A stretch of 54,267 nucleotides of DNA from IMG/VR virus record IMGVR_UViG_3300038530_001000, positions 1 to 54,267 of that record, one strand, 5' to 3'. The notes below the pieces were generated by a model. It did not search any database. It was not told the origin of the DNA and saw only the letters and a list, made by a program, of their open reading frames with translations. Origin of the DNA: a virus (taxonomy: Duplodnaviria > Caudoviricetes). The translations under genes were made by a program, and so were the position numbers. How positions within the stretch are numbered: position 1 is the stretch's first letter; each line of letters begins with the position of its first letter. Shown in pieces: positions 34,683 through 42,896 of the stretch.

Positions 34683-35493
34683 GGATGACTACACCAGGGG
34701 TGCCAGCCACCGATCCGTCACGCAACTAATCGACAGTCCACGCATACGCATCTTGCGAGAGCGTCACTGGGATGAGTTGACTGAGGACATCTCAGAAAAG
34801 ATGTGGAGCGTGCTAGGTACAGCAGTGCATCGTATCTTCGAGGACTACGCTGGTGACGATGTGATCAGCGAAGAGCGTTTGTTTGTTGAGGTAGATGGTT
34901 GGGTGATTAGTGGTGCCATCGATGTGCAGGATCAGGATGGCCCTATCGATTACAAATGCACCAGTGTTTGGAGTGTGATTCATGACAAGATCGAATGGGA
35001 GCTACAGCTTAACGCCTACGCATGGCTGATGCGTCACGCCAAAGGTGTGCGATCTAAATCCTTGCGGATCATTGCAGTGATGCGCGATTGGAATCGCCGT
35101 GAGGCAGAACGCAACGAAAGCTATCCACCTGCGCCAATCCAGACAATCAACGTCACTCTATGGTCAGACGAAAAGCAAGACGCATACATGGCTGAGCGTA
35201 TATCGCTGCATCAGGATGCGGAGTTTGCCGACTTCAATGACGAACCCCTACCGCCTTGCACAAACACAGAACGATGGACTCGTCCGACAACCTACGCAGC
35301 GAAAAAGAAAGCAAACAAACGTGCGTTGCGAGTCTTCGATTCGATGGAAGATGCTGAAGCATACCTGGAATCCCAGGGACTGGCAGATAGCAAGGAGCAC
35401 GAAGTAGAGGTGCGAGAAGGCGTGCATGTCAGGTGCGATCAGAACTGGTGCCGAGTTGCAGAGTTTTGCGATCAATGGAAGGAGTCCGCATGA
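34627..35493 (+). CDS. PD-(D/E)XK Cas4-like exonuclease
   Basis: SVTQL, GTAVH, E..L, SGAID, DYK, QLNAYAWL, C-terminal RC..WC....FC. Confidence 0.88.
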   Translation: MKITNHHNLSQPIVQALSRDDYTRGASHRSVTQLIDSPRIRILRERHWDELTEDISEKMWSVLGTAVHRIFEDYAGDDVISEERLFVEVDGWVISGAIDVQDQDGPIDYKCTSVWSVIHDKIEWELQLNAYAWLMRHAKGVRSKSLRIIAVMRDWNRREAERNESYPPAPIQTINVTLWSDEKQDAYMAERISLHQDAEFADFNDEPLPPCTNTERWTRPTTYAAKKKANKRALRVFDSMEDAEAYLESQGLADSKEHEVEVREGVHVRCDQNWCRVAEFCDQWKESA

Positions 35494-35771
35494 TCGAAAT
35501 GGATAAGACGGTGTACGAAAAGATGATCGGTATATGGTCTATCACAAGTATACCTAAATTGTTGATGGCACCTCGCAGTGGTGAGGTGTTTTTCAGTTGG
35601 CGTGGGGGCGATATAGCCCAGATGCCATTCAAGATGTTTGATGAAAGTGCGCCAATCGAACTGGTGGAGTACATCGAGCATCAAATAGGTAAGAAGTACG
35701 GCATCGATGCCAGGCAGTTCCGAACTGATCTGAGCGGATACCGTCGAAACCCCTTTTCTAGTCAGAACTAA
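35490..35771 (+). CDS. Hypothetical protein
   Basis: ATGA overlap; RBS AAGGAG. Confidence 0.6.
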   Translation: MIEMDKTVYEKMIGIWSITSIPKLLMAPRSGEVFFSWRGGDIAQMPFKMFDESAPIELVEYIEHQIGKKYGIDARQFRTDLSGYRRNPFSSQN

Positions 35772-35782
35772 AGGAGAATCTG

Positions 35783-36448
35783 ATGGCTGAGAAGACACTT
35801 GTGCAGGCGTTGGTCAAAGCACAATCGGAGATGGGACACGCAGTGTTCGATCAAGTGAACCCACAATACGACTCAAGGTTTGCATCACTCAAGTCTGTGA
35901 TCGATGCAGCTAAGCCTGCACTGAACGCCAACGGGATAGCTTTCATACAAAGATCCATACCGATGGAGAACGGCATTTCTGTGGAGACTGTGTTGTATGG
36001 GCACGGTGAAGAGATTGCGACTGGGCCTGTCCCGGTGCCAGCACAGAAGATCACCGCTCAAGGCTATGGGTCTGCTATGACCTATGCAAAACGATATAGT
36101 CTGGCAATGGCTGTCGGAATAGCTGCCGACGAAGATGATGATGGGGCAGCGGCAGAGGCAGAGAAACCACAGTCTGCACCGAAGAAAACAAAACCTAAGC
36201 CGATTCAGCACGAAGGCGGTGTAGAGGATTACAGCACTAAGATCGGCGCGGAAGCCTTCTTGAAAGGTTGGGTAGAGAATGAACTACCCCTGCACGATGA
36301 TCTGGCTGGCGTGTTTGCAAACAACCGTGACCCGATTACCACAATAAAAGAACATCAGCCTGAGATCTACGAAAAGATTAAGCAGGCATACAACAGCCGT
36401 AAGGCGGAAATAGAGGCAGCAAAGGAGAACAACGATGCCGAACTATGA
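35783..36448 (+). CDS. erf: ERF-family single-strand annealing protein
   Basis: ALVKAQ, NP...S.FASL, QGYGSAMTYAKRYSL...GIAADEDDDG. Confidence 0.92.
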   Translation: MAEKTLVQALVKAQSEMGHAVFDQVNPQYDSRFASLKSVIDAAKPALNANGIAFIQRSIPMENGISVETVLYGHGEEIATGPVPVPAQKITAQGYGSAMTYAKRYSLAMAVGIAADEDDDGAAAEAEKPQSAPKKTKPKPIQHEGGVEDYSTKIGAEAFLKGWVENELPLHDDLAGVFANNRDPITTIKEHQPEIYEKIKQAYNSRKAEIEAAKENNDAEL

Positions 36449-36791
36449 GTTGAAGGTTACCTCAAACGGTGGTCTGTACCCGGAGAGGAACAGGAAGAGC
36501 GACAAAGCGCCTCATTTTAAAGGGTTCGTTAACATATCTAGGGATCAAGCCAAGCATATCGCTCAGCATTTTAAGCAAGACGGTAGCCTGGATAAACTGC
36601 GGGTGACGTTAGCTGCTTGGAAAAACCAAGGCGACAACGGCGTGCAGCTATCGATACAGTCGGAGACCTATCCGCCTGATGAGGTGGCTCCCTTTGGTGA
36701 TGAGCCTCCACCGAAGCACGTTAAGATGGCAGAGACTAAGGCACCGCCTCAGGATAGCTTCGATGACTTCGAGGACGATATCCCTTTTTAG
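36435..36791 (+). CDS. ssb: Single-stranded DNA-binding protein
   Basis: K.P.FKG...LAAW core; acidic tail FDDFEDDIPF; follows erf. Confidence 0.8.
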   Translation: MPNYELKVTSNGGLYPERNRKSDKAPHFKGFVNISRDQAKHIAQHFKQDGSLDKLRVTLAAWKNQGDNGVQLSIQSETYPPDEVAPFGDEPPPKHVKMAETKAPPQDSFDDFEDDIPF

Positions 36792-36837
36792 GATCGCCTC
36801 AGAGCCATGCTGAGTTTGGAACTGAGGCGTACAAACT
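36782..36837 (+). promoter_or_regulatory. Candidate -1 programmed ribosomal frameshift signal
   Basis: Slippery C-CCU-UUU, then UAG, 6-nt spacer, 8-bp stem CGCCTCAG/CTGAGGCG; -1 frame open to 37162. Confidence 0.65.
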
Positions 36838-37162
36838 ACACAGGCGAGAGTCGAGCGACACCAGTGTTGACTCGGCTCACAGTATCGACACAACTCACCT
36901 AGAGGCCATGGTGTTCGATGTCATCGAGACCTTTGGTCGCCAGGGTGCGATCAGTGATGAGGTGAGGGACTCCTTGCAAGGGTTGTCGTATAGCTCTGTC
37001 ACTGCGCGATACAAAGCTTTGGCTGAAAAAGGTATGATTGTGTATCCAGGAGAGAGGCGCAAGGGTAAGAGCGGTAGGACGCAACGAGTGATGGTTGCTC
37101 GCACCATGATACCCAGGAAGAAGCGTGGGATGTACGAGGGTAAGTTAACTGAACGACGGTGA
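36788..37162 (+). CDS. Putative winged-helix protein; may be made as a -1 frameshift extension of SSB
   Basis: FGTEAYKLHRRESSDTS..SAHSIDTTHLEAMVFDVI...ISDEV....GLSYSSVTARYKALAEKGMI...GERRKGKSGR.QRVM; no ATG/GTG/TTG before 36908. Confidence 0.7.
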   Translation, partial: LGSPQSHAEFGTEAYKLHRRESSDTSVDSAHSIDTTHLEAMVFDVIETFGRQGAISDEVRDSLQGLSYSSVTARYKALAEKGMIVYPGERRKGKSGRTQRVMVARTMIPRKKRGMYEGKLTERR

Positions 37163-37253
37163 CTTAAAGACAGGCATACTCATAGGCATGATGATCATTG
37201 TCGGGATCTATGGGTTTGCCTTTCTTCTGGGTTGGCTGACAGGCTTATCCTAG
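37149..37253 (+). CDS. Possible 34-aa single-TM peptide (CTG start)
   Basis: GAGGG 8 nt upstream; LNDGDLKTGILIGMMIIVGIYGFAFLLGWLTGLS. Confidence 0.35.
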   Translation: MNDGDLKTGILIGMMIIVGIYGFAFLLGWLTGLS

Positions 37254-37256
37254 TAA

Positions 37257-40200
37257 CTATTCGGTGCGCCCCACGATCTCGCTGTACTTACGATTAAACC
37301 TATCGTAAGCAGCCTTCTTCATGGCCTGCAACTCCTCTTCTTCCTCTGCGTACCGCTTGGCAGCAGAGGGATTTTCGTTCGCCATGCCGCGCAACTCGCG
37401 CAGCCTCTTGTTTACTAGACGTATTTCTTTGTCTGTAGCTCGAACCATGGGTGCCATGGATATGAAGGGCTGGTTTTCTTCCAAGTAATCTAAGAAGTCT
37501 TGCCGATCTTGTATGACATCGAGTTGGTTCTCTCTTTGTAGAACCCTCGTTCTGCGCTCATAGAAATCTGTTTGGCTAGTTCTGTGATCAACCTCGCCTG
37601 CTATGCGACGATAGAACGGTATATCGTTAACCGATATGTCCTCCTCGTTAGCAAGCTTTCGGAATGCCTCTACTGTTCTCAAGCCAGTGGCCCCAGCGCC
37701 ACCTAGTGCGTAATTGAACAGATGCTGAATTTTGTCTGGGGAAAAATCCAACGCGCCTGGTACTGATTCGTTTCCACCAGTAAGACCATTCATAATCTTA
37801 GCGGCATTCTTAAAGCCTTCAAAAGTAGACTGCTTTGCGAGTTGACTAAGCGGTTGCTCTACACCGTAAGGTACTTGCTCAGAATACACCGGGGCACCAA
37901 AGAAGTTTTCGTTGGACAGTATTTCAAGCACAGGCTGACCGATTGTAGGAAATCCAGTCTTGGCAAGCATGGTCAAAAAGTCTTTGGACTCTGATATGCC
38001 AATCGGGTTGAATGAACCAAGCAATGCCTTTGTGACAAGTGTTGCCGCTTCCTCTGGCGACTTCATGCCGGACATCATCTCTTGAATGTTTGCACCCAAG
38101 ACGTGGAAAGCGTTGTATCCGTAAGGCAGAGGTATGGTGTAATAGTCCTTACCATTGTCTTTCATTATCACTATGTTTCTTTCTTTCACATAGTTAGGGA
38201 TGTTGGCGTAGAAAGACTCACCATTATCGTCTTCATCACTCATCGCCTCTGCCAAGGCAGATAGCAAAGCTCCCGATCCAACCATACTGGCGACCATGCC
38301 TTGCTTAACTCTTGACGCTCTTGGATCAAACACATTTAAGCCGCGAGCAAAGTTCATAGTGCCCTGCACCGATGCATTAAAGAACAAGTACAGGCTATTA
38401 AGTAGCTGACCTTGATCTCCTGATCTATTGAAGTTGACAGTGAGGTTCTTAGCAAGCGTTGCTGCTTTAGCTATAGCCTCATCTCTGGGGATACCGTTTG
38501 CGATAAATTCATCTCTTGCAGCCTTGAACGATGCAAATCTCACACCGTTTTCTACTGCCGCATTTGAATCCTCTACTAGGTTTAAGATCGTATCTCTAGC
38601 TTCCTTGGCCTTACCTTTGTAAGTGCCTTTAGCCATCTCGATCATGCTATCGATAGTAGCCTTTTGCTGTTCAGGTGGCCTACTGTGAAACCAATCAGCT
38701 TTTGCACCAGCCGTTATATATTCTTCATAATCCTTGCGTTGCTCATTAGTCTGCTTATCACTGTTTCTGAAGCCCCTGTAGAAAGCGCGGATTGAAGGCA
38801 GAGTGTCCTTTATGACCTTGCCGACGATGCGAGTGTCCATCGCTTTGCCTTCCGGCATACTTTGCTCGCCAATGATATTGTAAACGGCAGTCTGGATGTC
38901 TCTTGCAAAGTTACCGACCACGAACTCTGGGTTGAAAGAAGTGTTAACCGCTGACAAGAATCTGTTTACAGCCCCTAACGATTGAATAATCTTGCTGCTG
39001 TTAGACGCATCAAGGTTCAATAAAGCCTTACGAAGATTGTCATCCTTAATATCAATCGCAACCTGCTCGCCGTTAATCTTCACGCCGAACATCTCTCTGG
39101 GTAGGGACTGCCCCTCTCGCATCACAACCTTTTTGACGTACAGCCTACGCTCTGATTCTGGCAGTCCAGGCGGAATCTTTTGCACACGTTCACCCGTTGG
39201 CAGATAGGTGTACACCGACTCCAACATGCGAGTGTATTTTGGGTTGTCCTGATCGTAGACTTCCCAAGAGTTTGGGTTGGGGTTGTTCTTCGCTAAAGCA
39301 TAAAGTTTTTGACCGAACTCTTTGTTCTTCGCTGATCGAGCGATAGCCCTTTCTCTATCTGATATCACCGTTGCTAACGGAGATTCAGCAGCACTTTCTC
39401 TGCCCAAAGCCCTGCGAGTCTCTGCTCCTTCGATGCTTACTTTGCCAGAAGATCCAGAGGTGGGAGATAAGAACTGAGATGAGAAATCATCCTCTATCTC
39501 TTTGCCCTTCAGGGGCACATAGTATTTGTAAAAACCACTGAGAAGATTTTTGTCCTCTTGAGAATACAACCCGCCTTCTGTGTTTGTATCTATCGTTTTC
39601 TGAATGATCGAGTCAACTTTACTGGCAAGCTTACCCAGCACCCTTGCTCTTTGGTTGCCGCCAGACCACTCTCCAGTCTTGTCGTTCCACTTCAAATCGT
39701 ACTGATCCCTCATGCGATCTGTAACGTATTGATTTGTAAGTCTTACCTCTTCACCGTCAACAACAATGCTACCCGCGCCACCGTCAGGTATGCGATCATT
39801 GATCTGTGAGATCCGCTTGTTACGCTCTAGCGCATGTCGCAGGATAAGAAAATCATCTAGCTCTTTGATTGCCTCCTGCGTGCTTTTCTGCGTGTTCGCT
39901 GCTGCAAGTTCATCGACCAGCGGTTGCACTTCTTCCCTTTGAAAGACTCTGGCTGTTTCACCTATTTTCCCCGGTATGGATTCTTCACCTATATAGGCTG
40001 ACTCAAGTGCTGCTATTGGCTCTTGACCCAAAGCAACCCTAGCTTTGTTGATAGCCTCTTCGATCTTCTTTAGACCGATAAACTTATCAGCCACGTTGAA
40101 AATAAATCTGTCACCACGGGTCATCACGGGTGTTTCAAAGGAACTGTATTCGTTCTCAGGCAACCCCTGCTCAGCCCTCTTAACGACAGGAGGGCGCACG

Positions 40201-42896
40201 TTGCCGTCTATATTGTCCTGCGTAATGATGTCTTGATCAGACTTGCTGGCTATTGTGTCTACCGTTTTGTTGGCCTTATTGACCTTAAATCCAGCGTCGA
40301 GATCTGCTTGTTTGTCTAGTGCAGATGATTCGCTATCTTGCAGGAACTTCTGAGCGCCAGTAGGTGTAGGGGTTGCTGGCGTGATTATCGGATCAGGATC
40401 GGGTGCAACTTCTAGCACAGGCTCTGGATCAGGCTGGGGTGATGGTGTTAAGACCTTACCGTTTTCATCGATTACAGATTGATCAACTAGCTCTTGACGC
40501 AGCTTCTCGATCTTCTTCTGGGTGAGAGGCGATTGATCGATGAGACCTGATGCCTGTTGTATGCGCTCAACGCTTGCATCATTGAAGTCCTGAACGGCTT
40601 GTTTGACTGAGCGAAACTGCTCACGGGTGAAAGGCTTGGGGGTAAAGAAGTTTTTGGGCAGCTTGGTAGGCTGCTCGAATCTCGGTAATGCACGGAGCTT
40701 AAAGTAAAACAACTCCCTCTCTGCAAGGGTCATCTTGCTTAGATCTCTTTTGCCAACAAATGCCTTAGCTATAGCCTTGATATCGTTAGAGTTTGTCTTA
40801 GCATCGATGTTCTTGTTGTCGAGTAGCTTCTGTATCTCGCTAGCAGCTTTGCCGCCTTCGAGATCTACCAGCCCTCTGGGTACGGGGCCGGTGCCTATCG
40901 CAGCATTCTGCGTGTTAGCAAAGTACCTCGCGTCAGCAAGGCTTTTGAATTTCACTTTTGCATCAGGGTTTATACCTTCTTTGATGCTTTGTGCTCGCTC
41001 TCTCTGATTCTGTGGACGGAACGTGCTAGTGACACCATCAGTCGATGTGACAACAGGCTCGCCTTTTTTGTTTCTTCCAACGGTATAACTTTCTGATTCT
41101 GTTCTAGCCTTTACTTGTATACCAATCAGCTTGTCCATCTGCTCTGGTGTCAGAATAGATGCAGCTTCTTCAGAGGTGAATGTATCCGATGGCGCAAGAC
41201 CTCTTCGCTCTCGGTCATTGTTAAGCCTGACCGAGGCAGGCAACTCGCTCTGGTTCAGAGAGGATCGACCAGTAAGCTCGATGATCTCTTCAAATGTAGA
41301 AGTCTCTGGGAATGTGATTAAGTTTCCGTCAGAGTCTTTGGCTAAATATGTGGTGCCTGCTGCTTCGTTAATAGCTGTTGAAGTGAATGTGTTCGCTTCA
41401 GGTTGCACAACTCGACTGTGGATCACCCTCAACTTGTCGGCTTGATCCTTGTCGTAAGTCTGAGGTGCCATATCCATAGCATCTGTCGCTTGCTCTCGGA
41501 TATTTTTATCTACGACCTTGGTGTTTAGACCGTCTACTAAAGCGAGTGCGTCATTCTTTCGCACCGGTGTACCAAAGTTTTTTTCTGAACCCGACTCGAA
41601 GACTTGAAACAACTGAGCACCACCAGGGTTTGGCACCTCTCGCATTTCAAACTTGCCAGACCTGGGGAAGTATGGCCCCATTACCCTAGCAATTTCGTCT
41701 GTGTAATTAACGCCAGGAGGCGGCTTGCGAATGGCAGAGGGATCTCGCCTTTCTATCTCCTGCCTTCTAATGTCAGCCTCTTCTATCGCTGCTATTTCTA
41801 GCTTTCTTTGTTCAAGGGCTGCGAGGTCTTGATCTGCCTGGGTCTCTAGGGCTAGTTGTTCTATTGCCTGATCTGCTCTAGTCAACGCTTCCGAACGAAC
41901 CCTTTCGTTTTCTGCAAGCTCCTCGTCAAACTCTACTTGGTCTCTTACCTCTTTCCCGGCTTGATCTGCATCCTTATCCATCTCTGCGTTTGTAGAGATG
42001 TTTGATCTACGACCAGCAGCAGATGTCACCACAAGATCAGCAAGCGCACCAACAGCGCCGCCAACAGTCAAGTCATCTAACAAAGAATCAGCGACCTGTA
42101 TGTTTTCGTTATATAAACCTTGTTCTACTAAATCTTGCGCCACACCAGCAGAAGCTTCTTGTATTGCCTCTATGCTCCCCGTTGCAGCAGCACTCTTGAT
42201 ACGATCAATAACATCCTTCTTGACAGCATCATCAGCAACTTTTCGGATGTTGCCAAACAGGCGCATGGGAGTTGCCAACTCGGTTAGACCAATAGCGGTG
42301 CCTGCAAAGATAGCTTGATCTTCTGTCGCCTGATCTACATTGATCCCGGCATCTCTTGCAGCCTGTATACGTTGCGCTTGATCGCCAGCGCCAGCACCTG
42401 CACCAAGGCCGACAGCACCTGTAAACTCGGCGCCTTTCAGTGCCTTACCGCTCACTCCTGCAACACGGGCTAACACACCAGGGGTCAAGAATGTTGCTAG
42501 AGATCCGATGCCCTCACCTACCTTGGTAGTCCAAGCATCTCTGTATTGTTCGCCAGGGGCCAAGAAGCTTTGGTTGAGAGACTTTCTGCCCTCTCTTGCA
42601 AAGTTAACTAGCTCGTTTTCTTCTCCACTGTCGATAGCATTTTCGAGGCCAAAGAAGTTTGTTGTGGCATCAGCCAACTCACCAATACCTTCAGCAGATG
42701 ACAAGAATCCAGAGGCAAAACCACGAGGTATTGCTTTCGCAAACTCACCAGCTTGACCGAGAACAGAGCCTTCTGCCTCGACAGGGGTGCCGAAGTATTC
42801 AGAAAATATATTATCTAGTTCTTCTTCTGTTGGGGGCTTTGCACCCTCAAGAGTCAGAGTTCGACCCTGTGGATCGGTTACCGTAAAGATAGGCAT
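37257..42896 (-). CDS. Large internal virion / DNA-ejection protein with C-terminal LPD38-like domain
   Basis: 1879 aa; NPEFVVGNFARD, VENGVRF, AKNLTVNFNRSG...LYLFFNASVQG, IPLPYG, NENFFGAPV; last gene of the ejection cluster. Confidence 0.8.
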   Translation of the reverse strand: MPIFTVTDPQGRTLTLEGAKPPTEEELDNIFSEYFGTPVEAEGSVLGQAGEFAKAIPRGFASGFLSSAEGIGELADATTNFFGLENAIDSGEENELVNFAREGRKSLNQSFLAPGEQYRDAWTTKVGEGIGSLATFLTPGVLARVAGVSGKALKGAEFTGAVGLGAGAGAGDQAQRIQAARDAGINVDQATEDQAIFAGTAIGLTELATPMRLFGNIRKVADDAVKKDVIDRIKSAAATGSIEAIQEASAGVAQDLVEQGLYNENIQVADSLLDDLTVGGAVGALADLVVTSAAGRRSNISTNAEMDKDADQAGKEVRDQVEFDEELAENERVRSEALTRADQAIEQLALETQADQDLAALEQRKLEIAAIEEADIRRQEIERRDPSAIRKPPPGVNYTDEIARVMGPYFPRSGKFEMREVPNPGGAQLFQVFESGSEKNFGTPVRKNDALALVDGLNTKVVDKNIREQATDAMDMAPQTYDKDQADKLRVIHSRVVQPEANTFTSTAINEAAGTTYLAKDSDGNLITFPETSTFEEIIELTGRSSLNQSELPASVRLNNDRERRGLAPSDTFTSEEAASILTPEQMDKLIGIQVKARTESESYTVGRNKKGEPVVTSTDGVTSTFRPQNQRERAQSIKEGINPDAKVKFKSLADARYFANTQNAAIGTGPVPRGLVDLEGGKAASEIQKLLDNKNIDAKTNSNDIKAIAKAFVGKRDLSKMTLAERELFYFKLRALPRFEQPTKLPKNFFTPKPFTREQFRSVKQAVQDFNDASVERIQQASGLIDQSPLTQKKIEKLRQELVDQSVIDENGKVLTPSPQPDPEPVLEVAPDPDPIITPATPTPTGAQKFLQDSESSALDKQADLDAGFKVNKANKTVDTIASKSDQDIITQDNIDGNVRPPVVKRAEQGLPENEYSSFETPVMTRGDRFIFNVADKFIGLKKIEEAINKARVALGQEPIAALESAYIGEESIPGKIGETARVFQREEVQPLVDELAAANTQKSTQEAIKELDDFLILRHALERNKRISQINDRIPDGGAGSIVVDGEEVRLTNQYVTDRMRDQYDLKWNDKTGEWSGGNQRARVLGKLASKVDSIIQKTIDTNTEGGLYSQEDKNLLSGFYKYYVPLKGKEIEDDFSSQFLSPTSGSSGKVSIEGAETRRALGRESAAESPLATVISDRERAIARSAKNKEFGQKLYALAKNNPNPNSWEVYDQDNPKYTRMLESVYTYLPTGERVQKIPPGLPESERRLYVKKVVMREGQSLPREMFGVKINGEQVAIDIKDDNLRKALLNLDASNSSKIIQSLGAVNRFLSAVNTSFNPEFVVGNFARDIQTAVYNIIGEQSMPEGKAMDTRIVGKVIKDTLPSIRAFYRGFRNSDKQTNEQRKDYEEYITAGAKADWFHSRPPEQQKATIDSMIEMAKGTYKGKAKEARDTILNLVEDSNAAVENGVRFASFKAARDEFIANGIPRDEAIAKAATLAKNLTVNFNRSGDQGQLLNSLYLFFNASVQGTMNFARGLNVFDPRASRVKQGMVASMVGSGALLSALAEAMSDEDDNGESFYANIPNYVKERNIVIMKDNGKDYYTIPLPYGYNAFHVLGANIQEMMSGMKSPEEAATLVTKALLGSFNPIGISESKDFLTMLAKTGFPTIGQPVLEILSNENFFGAPVYSEQVPYGVEQPLSQLAKQSTFEGFKNAAKIMNGLTGGNESVPGALDFSPDKIQHLFNYALGGAGATGLRTVEAFRKLANEEDISVNDIPFYRRIAGEVDHRTSQTDFYERRTRVLQRENQLDVIQDRQDFLDYLEENQPFISMAPMVRATDKEIRLVNKRLRELRGMANENPSAAKRYAEEEEELQAMKKAAYDRFNRKYSEIVGRTE

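Noticed and set aside
34627-35493. Cas4-like gene as evidence of CRISPR-Cas
   Set aside because: No repeat-spacer array or other cas genes; stand-alone Cas4-like nucleases beside erf and ssb are ordinary phage recombination genes.
36641-36720. Second hammerhead-like pattern inside ssb (CTGATGA-GGTGG...CCACC-GAAG)
   Set aside because: GAAG instead of GAAA, no A-U pair before the cleavage position, stem I essentially absent, and it lies in coding sequence; probably chance.
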